DNA of 64,000 nt from Candidatus Melainabacteria bacterium 17Bon1m. Lineage in GTDB: Bacteria > Cyanobacteriota > Vampirovibrionia > Obscuribacterales > Obscuribacteraceae. Location: contig JAVLKG010000004.1 of assembly GCA_032128875.1 (NCBI GenBank), forward strand, positions 544,001 to 608,000. Direction: 5' to 3'. A program made the translations under genes and the position numbers. Below, piece by piece: positions 37,635-46,872 of this stretch. Under the pieces are notes generated by a model, which had not been told where the DNA came from, ran no database searches, and worked only from the letters and a program-made list of their open reading frames with translations. The first letter of the stretch is position 1. Every line of letters begins with the position of its first letter.

Positions 37635-38489
37635 CTAGCGGGGATCTGCGACTTTGGTGGAAGACGGTGTGAAACCCATCTTCTTTGCAGTCTCCGAGTC
37701 GCTTTGTGCCTGTTTGTCTTTGCCGACTGCTTTGTAGCTCAGCCCACGGTGATGGTAGACGTGTGCCAAGCGACCGTTGTATTTCAATGCCTTGGAGTAA
37801 TCATCGACTGCTTTGTCGTGATAGCCCTGTTTGGCAAGCGATCTTGCGCGGTTGACGTACGCGGCTGACAGCTTGGGATTGATTTGCAAAGCGAGTGTTG
37901 CGGCATCAGCGGCATCGTTGTTATTGCCTTGCATATGCAGGGCGTGCGCCTTATTGACCAACGCCAACGCGCGTGCGTGAGGGGCTTTCATCCCAGCAGC
38001 TTTGTCAGCATCAGCAATCGCCTTGTCATATTGCTTCAAGCCGTTGTAAGCATGGGCTCTGTTAACGTAAGCCATCGGCATATTGGGATCGAGCTCAATA
38101 GCGCGATTGAGATCTTCGAGTGCTTCTTTGTACTTGCCGGTTTTGTTATAGGCCCAACCGCGATTAACATACGCAGCAGAAGCCTTTGCATCCAACTGGA
38201 TGGCCTTGCCGGCATCTTCAATTGCAGCGCTATAGCGACCCAAGCGATCATTTACCAGGGCGCGATTGCAGTAAGCTTTGGCGCTGTTCGGATTGGCTTT
38301 GATTGCTTCATCGAGCTTGCTGCAAGCATCTTTGTACTTGTCCTTTTTCATCAGGTTTTCTGCGTTCTTAATTGCATCCGTGGACGGGTCCGCTGACGCG
38401 GCACAAAGACCTGCTGTCGAAGCCAATGCGGCTATCGACAATGCGGAAAGAAACGAGCGAGCATATAGCGAGCCACTCGGTGATTTCAT
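37635..38489 (-). CDS. Exported TPR-repeat protein
   Basis: Strong SD AGGAGG before ATG 38489; signal peptide ending ASA; about 7 TPRs (AYCNRA, AYVNRG, AYVNRA...). Confidence 0.92.
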   Translation of the reverse strand: MKSPSGSLYARSFLSALSIAALASTAGLCAASADPSTDAIKNAENLMKKDKYKDACSKLDEAIKANPNSAKAYCNRALVNDRLGRYSAAIEDAGKAIQLDAKASAAYVNRGWAYNKTGKYKEALEDLNRAIELDPNMPMAYVNRAHAYNGLKQYDKAIADADKAAGMKAPHARALALVNKAHALHMQGNNNDAADAATLALQINPKLSAAYVNRARSLAKQGYHDKAVDDYSKALKYNGRLAHVYHHRGLSYKAVGKDKQAQSDSETAKKMGFTPSSTKVADPR

Positions 38490-38721
38490 CTTGAAAATCC
38501 TCCTAAACCTGATGTCTTGCGGAATTTGCATGCCTGCAAGTGAAGTTTGAATTGCGGTTTATCCCACAATATTCTTGCAGGCGCAAAGCCCTTTAACAGA
38601 ATGTTTAATTGCCGCTTATCAATTCTTATCCCACCTCCTGAAGCCTAGATTCCTAGCCAGGCCTACAGTGTAGGGTTTTCATGTGGGGGAAGTGTGAGGA
38701 CTAAACTGCCATCTTGAGCAG

Positions 38722-40014
38722 TCAAGAAGAATTTTTTGCTTCTTTAATTCGCTTCACCAGTTCAACTTTCGCTCGATCTAGTTGATTGTCGTTAGAGCTT
38801 GTTTTGTCGTTCTCGACATTAATATCAGGTTCTACACCGATGCCTTCCAATCGAACGCCCGAGAGCGAACAATCAAGAATCGCTAGATAGAGAAAACACT
38901 TGTCGTTTATCGGTTCCATCGAGCCGGCTAAGAAATAGCCGGCGGTCCGATCGCCAATTAGAAGAGCTCTTTTGGTTTTCTTCAGCGCATATGCCAGTTC
39001 TTCTTTTCCACTTCGTGAGCCACCATTGGCGATGGCGACCATTGGCTTGTTGAAGATGACAGTCGAAACACGTTTTTTTCCGTTGCGATCGGTGGTCTCA
39101 AAATCCGGATAGGCAGCGGCTTGACGAAAGAACGGATCGAGGGCATCCGGAGAGCAAGCACCATACCCATCTCGTAAATCAAGAATAAGACCGTCGCAGT
39201 CTCTTAAAATTCGCTGAAAAAGAACATCTCCCATGGCTTCCTGAGCCTTAGAACCCCCACACCATAAATGCACATAGCCGAGCGTCTGTCCGTCGACAGT
39301 GAAGCGGCGAACGCTCTTGGTCACTGCATTGACATACATGTCATACATGGGCTTCTTTGCCACTTTGACAGACACGGTGATTTTTTCCGTGCCGCGCAAC
39401 AGCTCAATTTGAGCAGGTTGATTTCCCAAGGCAAAGAAATTTGCCAAGCCGACGTATTTGTTGCCGTTGACGGAAAGAATCTTGTCAGCGACCTGAATAT
39501 GCGCCTTTTCGGCTGGTGAATCATTTAAAACAAAGCGCACCCGGTTATGCTCGAATCCTGCGCCGCCAGTCACAAAACCAGGAAAGAAGCATTCACCTTT
39601 CGATCTGTTTTCGTTATTGAAAAGAGAATAGAGAAAATAGTATGTGTCGTCATTGACGGTGAGAAAGCGACAATGACTGCTTTTCAGCTCATCAATTGCG
39701 ACATTCAATGCAGTCGAAAGTTCAATCAGATTCTTCGCTGCAAGAATCTTCCCTCTCTGCTTTTCCAAAGCCTGAGGCCAAACGTTTTGACTGAGATCCT
39801 TTGAATAGAGCGATTTTCTCACGTGTTTATCGACAGCATCAATGACGCTGCTATTGAAATTTCTATCGCAAGTCAAAGAGGAAAGCGGATCAGCAGCAGT
39901 AGCCTTCACGCTTTCAACAGCCGGCGATGGCTGAAGAGCGTAGGCGAACAACAAAGCGACTGAGAGAATGTTCAGAAATTTGGAATTTGTGCGATTGTAA
40001 TTTGCAGGCAGCAA
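38722..40014 (-). CDS. Exported S41 family peptidase with PDZ domain
   Basis: SPAEKA..QVADKILSVNG (PDZ), GYVHLW, LILDLRDGYG, SRSGKE, IGDRTAG and EGIGVEPDI. Confidence 0.88.
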   Translation of the reverse strand: MLPANYNRTNSKFLNILSVALLFAYALQPSPAVESVKATAADPLSSLTCDRNFNSSVIDAVDKHVRKSLYSKDLSQNVWPQALEKQRGKILAAKNLIELSTALNVAIDELKSSHCRFLTVNDDTYYFLYSLFNNENRSKGECFFPGFVTGGAGFEHNRVRFVLNDSPAEKAHIQVADKILSVNGNKYVGLANFFALGNQPAQIELLRGTEKITVSVKVAKKPMYDMYVNAVTKSVRRFTVDGQTLGYVHLWCGGSKAQEAMGDVLFQRILRDCDGLILDLRDGYGACSPDALDPFFRQAAAYPDFETTDRNGKKRVSTVIFNKPMVAIANGGSRSGKEELAYALKKTKRALLIGDRTAGYFLAGSMEPINDKCFLYLAILDCSLSGVRLEGIGVEPDINVENDKTSSNDNQLDRAKVELVKRIKEAKNSS

Positions 40015-40090
40015 CGTATGATCATTCTCCGTATTTAGAACTTGCTCCGCTTGACGAGTTTCATAATAGCGGATTGCCTATGAGCCTTGC

Positions 40091-41440
40091 ATGACCACCG
40101 AGAGTGAAACTAAAAACGGCCAGGCTGCTGCTAATGCATCCGAGCACGCGCCATGCAAGATACCGCCGGCTGTTTTTATTCCCACCCTCTACTTTATGGA
40201 AGGGTTGCCGTACACCATAGTCAATATGATGGCGGTAGTTTTCTACAAGAATCTCGGCGCCAGTAATGAATTTATTGGTGCGGTGACAAGCGTCCTTTCC
40301 TTTGCCTGGACGTTGAAATTCATCTGGGCTCCGCTTATCGATATTTATGGAACCAGACGCGGATGGATTGTGGTAGCACAGCTGGTGCTGTCAGCAATGT
40401 GCGCCCTCTTAGCTGGATCTGCTTTCCTGCCGGACAGCATTGCCCTGTCCGTGGGCGCCTTGGCTTTGATTGCGCTGGCATCTGCCACTCAAGATGTGGC
40501 CATAGATGGCTACTACATGGACGTTTTGAACAAGCAACAGCAGGCTGTCTATGTAGGTGTGAGAAATGCAATCTACAAAATCGCTGTATTGGTGGGACAA
40601 GGACCGCTTGTTATGCTTGCCGGTTTCATTGCCGCTTCATCCGGAAAGATCAACTATTCATCAGGCTGGGCCACATCGTTCTTCGTATGCTGTGCGCTCT
40701 TTTTCTCTTTCGGCCTTTTGCATCTATTTATACTGCCGAAAATAGAGAGTCCCGAGACAACAGGAAAGGCGCAAGGTGAGAAAGTTGATCTTGTGCAAGG
40801 TTTGAAACGCTTTGGCAGCGTGCTCCAGACTTTTGTTGACCAGGATCGAATTGCAGTCATTTGCTTGTACATATTTATATTCAGATTCGGCGATGCGCTG
40901 ATGCTGAAAATGACGATGCCTTTTCTTCTTGATGGAAAGTCGAATGGAGGTCTTGCCATTTCAACCCAAGACGTCGGACTTATATATGGAACGGTTGGTC
41001 CGATCTTCTTATTGTTGGGCGGCTTGCTTGGCGGTTATCTGGTAGCGAAGTTTGGTCTGAAAAAGGTATTGATGCCGACCGCCCTCGTTCAGAGCGGAGC
41101 CATACCTTTATATTGGGCGCTCGCTTATTTCAAACCACAGGATCATGCCTGGATTTATGCAGCCAACTCATTCGAGCAATTCTCTTACGGCTTAGGTACT
41201 GCAGCTTATACGGTCTTTCTTTTGTCAGTCGTGAAACCGGAGTATAAGGCCGCACACTATGCAATTGCCACGGCAATAATGGCTCTCGGTCTCATTGTTC
41301 CTGGCTATATAAGCGGTTATATGACTACGTGGTTGGGCTACCCGAACTTTTTCCTGGTTAGTTTTCTCGCTTCGATTCCTGGAATCATCACAATCTTCTT
41401 TTTGCCAATTAAATCCAGCGAAGAAAAAATGGCTGCATAA
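40091..41440 (+). CDS. ampG: AmpG-like muropeptide MFS transporter
   Basis: LYFMEGLP, WTLKFIWAPLID and ASATQDVAIDGY signature. Confidence 0.85.
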   Translation: MTTESETKNGQAAANASEHAPCKIPPAVFIPTLYFMEGLPYTIVNMMAVVFYKNLGASNEFIGAVTSVLSFAWTLKFIWAPLIDIYGTRRGWIVVAQLVLSAMCALLAGSAFLPDSIALSVGALALIALASATQDVAIDGYYMDVLNKQQQAVYVGVRNAIYKIAVLVGQGPLVMLAGFIAASSGKINYSSGWATSFFVCCALFFSFGLLHLFILPKIESPETTGKAQGEKVDLVQGLKRFGSVLQTFVDQDRIAVICLYIFIFRFGDALMLKMTMPFLLDGKSNGGLAISTQDVGLIYGTVGPIFLLLGGLLGGYLVAKFGLKKVLMPTALVQSGAIPLYWALAYFKPQDHAWIYAANSFEQFSYGLGTAAYTVFLLSVVKPEYKAAHYAIATAIMALGLIVPGYISGYMTTWLGYPNFFLVSFLASIPGIITIFFLPIKSSEEKMAA

Positions 41441-41487
41441 CGAGCTTTTATGTATACGGTCATTAGCTAACGCATTGCTGACGAAAA

Positions 41488-41994
41488 TCAATTTCGAAGT
41501 TGAGCTACAACTTCCTTCACAATTTGATCTGGTGTCTTCTGAGCATCGACATTGATGGAATCATCGCCTTCCGGCTGCTGTAGTGTTTCGAACTGACTCT
41601 CCAAAAGACTAGCTGGCATGAAATGCCCTTTGCGTTTTGCCAATCTCTCTTTTGCTACGTCAAAAGGAATATTCAGAAATACGAATTGGACTTGTTTGTC
41701 AACTCTCAGCTTTTCTCTGTAGCTGTGCTTGAGCGCCGAGCATGCAAGAACTGCTGCCTTCCCCTTGGACAAGTAGTTTTCAATTTCTGTCCGTAATGAA
41801 TCTAACCAGGCGGCTCGGTCCTCATCGGTCAGCGGAATGCCTTTTGCCATTTTGTCGACATTCGCCTTTGAATGAAACTGGTCTCCTTCGATGAAGAACC
41901 AGTCGAGCTCCTCAGCCAGTGCCTTGCCGACGGTGGTCTTACCCGAGCCGGAAACGCCCATAACGATGAGAAATCGAGTGCTGAGTTCCTTCAA
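41488..41994 (-). CDS. gntK: Gluconokinase (GntK/IdnK type)
   Basis: MGVSGSGKTT, EGDQFH, GIPLTDEDR, ACSALK..YR and HFMPASLLESQF. Confidence 0.93.
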   Translation of the reverse strand: MKELSTRFLIVMGVSGSGKTTVGKALAEELDWFFIEGDQFHSKANVDKMAKGIPLTDEDRAAWLDSLRTEIENYLSKGKAAVLACSALKHSYREKLRVDKQVQFVFLNIPFDVAKERLAKRKGHFMPASLLESQFETLQQPEGDDSINVDAQKTPDQIVKEVVAQLRN

Positions 41995-42187
41995 TGTCGT
42001 GCTCCGCGGGAATTCATCTTTTCAAATCAGATTCAAGTAGGATCTGACGATTATGCAGATATTACTGTATATTAGCTAAAGGGTTATCGAACGGATTCCG
42101 AAATGGGTCACTACTGCCCGCTTCCGAGATATTTTACAGCTGATACTACCGGTAGTATCAAGTCATAAATCCGAACCAGGTGAATAA

Positions 42188-43471
42188 ATGGTTAGCAAAT
42201 TTAAAAGCAGGACAAGTCAAAAATTCTTTGCAATGAGCGCGACGACATTGATTTTTTGCGCACAAAGCTTTCCATTTGCAGCGCAGGCACAAGGATTGCC
42301 TGATGCAATAACCGGACAAGTTGAAGGAAGTACTCCTGTAGATACAACAGTAAAACCGCCGCCAGCACCTGCTCAGAGCGAAACACCCAATGTCGAACCG
42401 TCGAAAGCAGAAATAAAAGTAGAGCCAAAGCCTGAAGCCACGTCTGCTCATATTGAACATCCACGTACTGGATTACAAGAAGAGAAGCCGGTTGAGGCAC
42501 CTAAGGCCGCTCCCAAAAAGCCGGTGCTGCTGTTTGGGCGTTTAGAAGAGATCGCAGGTAAAGCCGCGCCCACTTTTCCTATTGTTTTAAAAGCGCTCAC
42601 ACCGAAGATGGATCAATCAGGTCTACTGAAGGGACAAGCTTCTACGGGCACTCTGGCTGGAACAGTCGAGAGGTCGTATCCGGTCGACTTTCGCGGCACA
42701 TGGGGCGGAACGCTCACACTTGGTCAGCTCGTGATTACACCGCTCAATTATCAACTCGATTCTGAAGAGTCAAGAAAGGTCGCGAGCCTTGTCAGACCAG
42801 GATCGCAAGGGACAGTCAATTTCAATTTTAATCAAGACGCTCGTGGTAATGTGACCGGATCTCCGGTAACCATCACGTTTATGGTCCCGGCAAATCAGAC
42901 CAATTCTTTCCAGGCTCTCGCCCAGCAAGGCGGCGCTGGAATGGCTAATGGTGCTATGGCAGGGATGATGCAGTCGATGATGGGCAGCATGAAGGTTCCG
43001 ATTGCCATGCGTTTTGGCGACTTCCAATCTGATGCGTCTACTCCTGGAGTTTCAGGAAATTCAATCGCCATCAGGTTGTTGAGTAATCGCATCAAGCAGC
43101 TGAGTCCTGGAATTATGGAACAGCAGATGATTACCCAAGAAAATTCGAGGACTAAGTCGGGTAAGGCGTACAGCACTTATAACGAAAACGTTTTTAGATT
43201 TACGCAACGTGGCTCCAGTCAGATGTATGTAGAAGTCGCCGTAGTGTCATACGATATGTCCAGACGCTTCTTGCGCAAATTCGTCTTCTACGGATATGTC
43301 AACAAGGGCGCAGTACAGCAGGATTTCAGCAATCCCTACTCAGCCTTGCAGCAAATGATGGGCGGCAGCGGCGGCAGTGGAGGAATGCAGATTCCAGGAA
43401 TGGGTGGTGGCGGCGGAGCTAATCCTCTGCAGCAACTGCAAGACTTGCAAAAAATGTTTGGTGGGCAATAA
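42188..43471 (+). CDS. Exported hypothetical protein with Pro-rich linker and Gly/Met/Gln-rich segments
   Basis: Signal peptide ending AQA, PPPAPA linker and C-terminal QQMMGGSGGSGGMQIPGMGGGGG. Confidence 0.75.
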   Translation: MVSKFKSRTSQKFFAMSATTLIFCAQSFPFAAQAQGLPDAITGQVEGSTPVDTTVKPPPAPAQSETPNVEPSKAEIKVEPKPEATSAHIEHPRTGLQEEKPVEAPKAAPKKPVLLFGRLEEIAGKAAPTFPIVLKALTPKMDQSGLLKGQASTGTLAGTVERSYPVDFRGTWGGTLTLGQLVITPLNYQLDSEESRKVASLVRPGSQGTVNFNFNQDARGNVTGSPVTITFMVPANQTNSFQALAQQGGAGMANGAMAGMMQSMMGSMKVPIAMRFGDFQSDASTPGVSGNSIAIRLLSNRIKQLSPGIMEQQMITQENSRTKSGKAYSTYNENVFRFTQRGSSQMYVEVAVVSYDMSRRFLRKFVFYGYVNKGAVQQDFSNPYSALQQMMGGSGGSGGMQIPGMGGGGGANPLQQLQDLQKMFGGQ

Positions 43472-43476
43472 AAAAT

Positions 43477-43998
43477 ATGAATGTCGACAGGCTGGCCGAC
43501 GTTGTTGAAGAACTGATCGTTCAACTTGATTATCCCGGCTTTGAGCCGCGCAGTCTTAAATTGGGATTGCCTGAAGAGCTCGAAGGTATGAGTGCGAAAA
43601 ACTTTGGCAATGCGCTCGGACACAAAAGCGTCTACGTCAAGTTGGCGGCACTGCGCTGGTTTCAAGAGCGACCAGGCGTTGCAAAATCGCATCTTCCAGC
43701 GATTCTTGGCTTAGTAGACTCCAAAGACGAATGGGTGAGAATGGAATCGATTCGCACAGTGGAAAAGATGTCGAAGCTGCCGGCACATGTAGGTGGCATC
43801 GTTTCTAAGGGTCTAAAAGACGAGTCTGTAGAAGTGCGCAAAGCCAGCGCAAAAGCGTTGGGAAAAATTCTAAAACGTTCTGTTACGAAAGACGCATCTG
43901 TTATTGACGCGCTTAAAGAAGCTACTCAAGACAGCGATGTTGAAGTGCGCTTCAAAGCTCAAAAAGCGTTGCGCAATATCGGTGAATTCGTCGTCTGA
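43477..43998 (+). CDS. HEAT-repeat protein
   Basis: D..EWVRMES, DESVEVRKASAKALG and DSDVEVRFKAQKAL repeats; starts 5 nt after the upstream gene. Confidence 0.85.
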   Translation: MNVDRLADVVEELIVQLDYPGFEPRSLKLGLPEELEGMSAKNFGNALGHKSVYVKLAALRWFQERPGVAKSHLPAILGLVDSKDEWVRMESIRTVEKMSKLPAHVGGIVSKGLKDESVEVRKASAKALGKILKRSVTKDASVIDALKEATQDSDVEVRFKAQKALRNIGEFVV

Positions 43999-44085
43999 GT
44001 TATTACGGAAAGCATTTCTTGTTGCCGCTACTACAATCGTGCGGTGATTTCGATTGGCTTATCATGCTGCTTTCAAGTGGTGTGC

Positions 44086-44499
44086 TCAGAATTTTAATTT
44101 GCTGACAAATTCGCGAGACTTTTCTAGAAGATGCGAACTCTCAGTAAGCTCAAGGTAAAAACCGTGTTCAAAATACTGCTCAAGGTAGTTCCAATCATAA
44201 TCAATTGCTTTGTGAAACTCTTGCAATCGGTCTTGTATCGCAGTCGTCAACTGCATCGCTGCTTCATGGTTTTCGCTGGACCATGCCAGTTTCCCGTCGG
44301 AAAGTATTTGGTGTATCAGCGACGAGGCATCGGAAATTTCGCAAGCAAGATCGTGAAAGTATCTCTTGATCATCTTCTCTTCGAGCGTCGCACGTTTTTC
44401 CGAGAGTTTTGCTGCTGCAGAAGTGAGACTTGTAAGACATTCTGAGAGCGCGCCTGCTGCCCTCAGGGCAGGCGAAATTTCGATTTTGGTCTCTTCCAT
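44086..44499 (-). CDS. Hypothetical helical protein
   Basis: 137-aa ORF with SD GAGGA. Confidence 0.65.
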   Translation of the reverse strand: MEETKIEISPALRAAGALSECLTSLTSAAAKLSEKRATLEEKMIKRYFHDLACEISDASSLIHQILSDGKLAWSSENHEAAMQLTTAIQDRLQEFHKAIDYDWNYLEQYFEHGFYLELTESSHLLEKSREFVSKLKF

Positions 44500-44617
44500 A
44501 CTTTCCTCTTTTCTGAAGGTAATTACCGAGGGATGGTGATTAGTCTATAACATTGACTGCCTGGAGCCTAAGAACCTCACAGGCTGGGCATTGTCTCAAA
44601 AGTGCTTAGAAACTTTT

Positions 44618-44648
44618 AGCCGCCGCAGGGGTTGCATCTGCGACGGCT
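44618..44648 (-). terminator. GC-rich hairpin downstream of the RHH gene
   Basis: Minus strand AGCCGTCGCAG / CTGCGGCGGCT stem with one G-U pair; no clear U-tract. Confidence 0.4.
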
Positions 44649-44797
44649 TATTCGTTTAAAAGTTTTGTGCGCTATCTCTTGGTTATGGCTGCCACTGTCG
44701 GTAGTTGCGTCGTCTTCCTAGAATGGAGCCAATTTTGCGAAGTCTCAAGAGGTTAGGGCGTTTAACCAGTCAATTCAACCAGCTAATGAGGAGATTC

Positions 44798-45004
44798 CTA
44801 CGAGAGAGTCGGAACGTATGGCTCGTTTACTTCCATAGTGCTTACTGCCAGGTGGGCTGCGCCTTGCTGTCTTCTGAAATTGTCCAGATAACGGCGGAGT
44901 GCTTCTCTTATCAAATCGCTTCTAGTGCGGTGTTCGTGTTGAGCAATGAAATCTACTTGTTCCAACATAGCTGGGGGCAGAGCAATCAGTACTTTTTTGG
45001 GCAT
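44798..45004 (-). CDS. Ribbon-helix-helix (CopG/NikR-N-like) DNA-binding protein, 68 aa
   Basis: MPKKVLIALPPAMLEQVDFIAQHEHRTRSDLIREALRRYL is a classic RHH; SD GAGGA before ATG 45004. Confidence 0.88.
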   Translation of the reverse strand: MPKKVLIALPPAMLEQVDFIAQHEHRTRSDLIREALRRYLDNFRRQQGAAHLAVSTMEVNEPYVPTLS

Positions 45005-45147
45005 TTGCAGTTCCTCGCAGAGACAAAAGTGGACGCCGAGACCATCTGTGACCGCTATCATCAATGGTCCCTGTTACACGGTGCTTAATGTATTTTGACC
45101 GCGCTTCGCATTGGTGGGGGATTCATCAACCACCCTCGATGAGTATC

Positions 45148-45176
45148 AACTTTACACACCAAAACGAATATCGTAA
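45148..45176 (-). promoter_or_regulatory. Putative sigma70 promoter of the RHH gene
   Basis: Minus strand TTTACG, 17 nt, TAAAGT with a TG extension; implies a leader of about 135 nt. Confidence 0.45.
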
Positions 45177-46037
45177 AGGTCTGAAAGGGGCATAAATACG
45201 CAATTTGCTTCGAATGCAGCTTAAGTGTTTTTCTGAAACTCTGAAAGCCTGACACAACAAGACTCCTTCCCCGAAGCCCTGTTTCCATGCGGGTTTTATA
45301 TAGACAAAAAGATGCCCTTCGGACATATCTCCCCCCTTGCCAGATGAATATCCTCGTGTTAGCGAGTTTTTGACTCTTCTGCCTGAAAACAGCTGATAGA
45401 CCGGCTTATGGATATGCAGGAGTGGTTCTTTTGGATTTGCAATTGATCATATTGCGTGAAAACCGCCTCGTATGCGCGTTTGCGAGCGACAGATCGGTGG
45501 TATGTCCAGCCTGCGTACTACGTGTGATTCCGTAGATATTCAAAAGTGCATAAACCGCATCATAAGTGGCTTTCCATTGATAGGCCCAAACGGTCTCAAC
45601 TGTCCTCGTATTGAAAAGCAGTAACTCCAAGACAGCATCTTTCGTTTTTCTGCATAATTTCTCTACGCCAACGATATTAAGTCTATGGCGTTTCATTAGC
45701 TGCGTAACACATACGTAGAGGCGCATGAATACAGCCTTTCTCTTCGCCGGGGCGACATGCTACGTGTAAACTGCGCAGGGAAGGACTCTTAAAAGAGTCG
45801 ATACCAAATGTGATACCGCACAGTTTCTTCCGTTGGTTGACTGGTCATAGACCGAAGAGTTTTCTACAGGCTATGCGGTTATAGAGATCTCGCGACAACG
45901 CCAAATGGCTAGGTTCGCCGCTCATTATTTTCGCGCGCTCACTTTCGCACGTGTATCAAAGAGATCTGACGGCAGTGATTGCGAAGAGTACAATTCCTTA
46001 TCTATATAAATGAATGACTGCGGCAAAGGAGAGCCCC

Positions 46038-46799
46038 ATGATTCTGGCAACCTGGAATGTCAACTCGCTCAATGTCCGCCTTCCACACGTTCTGGACTGG
46101 CTCAAAACCGCCCAACCAGATGTGCTGGCGATACAGGAAACCAAACTCATCGACGAGAAGTTTCCCAAGGCAGCTTTTGCCGAACTCGGCTATTTGGTCG
46201 AGTTTTGCGGAGAGAAAACCTACAACGGTGTGGCCATCATTTCGAAAAAACCAATCGAGAATGTCTCTCGTGGTCTTATTCAACAAGGCACTCCTCAGCA
46301 ATGCCGATTGATCGAAGGTGAAATTGACGGCGTACATATAATGAATGTCTACATTCCGAACGGACAAGAAGTTGGTTCGCAAAAGTATGAATACAAGCTG
46401 TCATGGCTCGACCACTTGCACGAGCATATGAATACGTTTTCTAAGACCAAGCCCATCTGCCTGCTTGGTGATTTCAATATTGCTCCTGCTGATGAAGATG
46501 TTTATGACCCGATTGAAACCCGCGGCACCATCATGGTAAGTGAGGTTGAACGTGCATCACTCAATAGATTTCGTGACTGGGGTCTGCATGACAGTTTTAG
46601 AGAATTGAATAAAGAACCCAAACAATTCACATGGTGGGATTACAGAATGGCGGCTTTCCGGCGCAATCTTGGCTATCGCATCGATCACATTTGGGTGACT
46701 GAGCCGGTTAAGTCGACACTCAAACGAGCCTGGATCGACAAAGCTCCACGCAAGCTGGAAAAGCCATCGGACCACACACCTGTTGTAATCGAATTCTAG
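46038..46799 (+). CDS. xthA: Exodeoxyribonuclease III
   Basis: ATWNVNS, QETK, YNGVA, GDFNIA, RIDH and PSDH motifs; SD AAGGAG before ATG 46038. Confidence 0.96.
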   Translation: MILATWNVNSLNVRLPHVLDWLKTAQPDVLAIQETKLIDEKFPKAAFAELGYLVEFCGEKTYNGVAIISKKPIENVSRGLIQQGTPQQCRLIEGEIDGVHIMNVYIPNGQEVGSQKYEYKLSWLDHLHEHMNTFSKTKPICLLGDFNIAPADEDVYDPIETRGTIMVSEVERASLNRFRDWGLHDSFRELNKEPKQFTWWDYRMAAFRRNLGYRIDHIWVTEPVKSTLKRAWIDKAPRKLEKPSDHTPVVIEF

Positions 46800-46807
46800 A
46801 AAAAGTG

Positions 46808-46832
46808 AGGGCGGCGCATATAGCGTCGCCCT
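46808..46832. terminator. Hairpin between the convergent xthA and acyl-CoA dehydrogenase genes
   Basis: AGGGCGGCGC-atata-GCGTCGCCCT followed by TTC. Confidence 0.6.
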
Positions 46833-46872
46833 TTCAAGAAGCCATGTGCGGCTGCCTGCTACTTTTCGTACT

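Noticed and set aside
38549-38634. TTATCCCAC twice, resembling DnaA boxes
   Set aside because: Does not match TTATCCACA; only two copies and no origin context.
44086-45004. RHH gene as the antitoxin of a type II toxin-antitoxin pair
   Set aside because: The next gene is about 300 nt away behind a hairpin and shows no recognisable toxin motif.
45390-45410. CCGGCTTA resembling the RNase P RNA 3' end
   Set aside because: No upstream GAGGAAAGTCC or other conserved RNase P elements.
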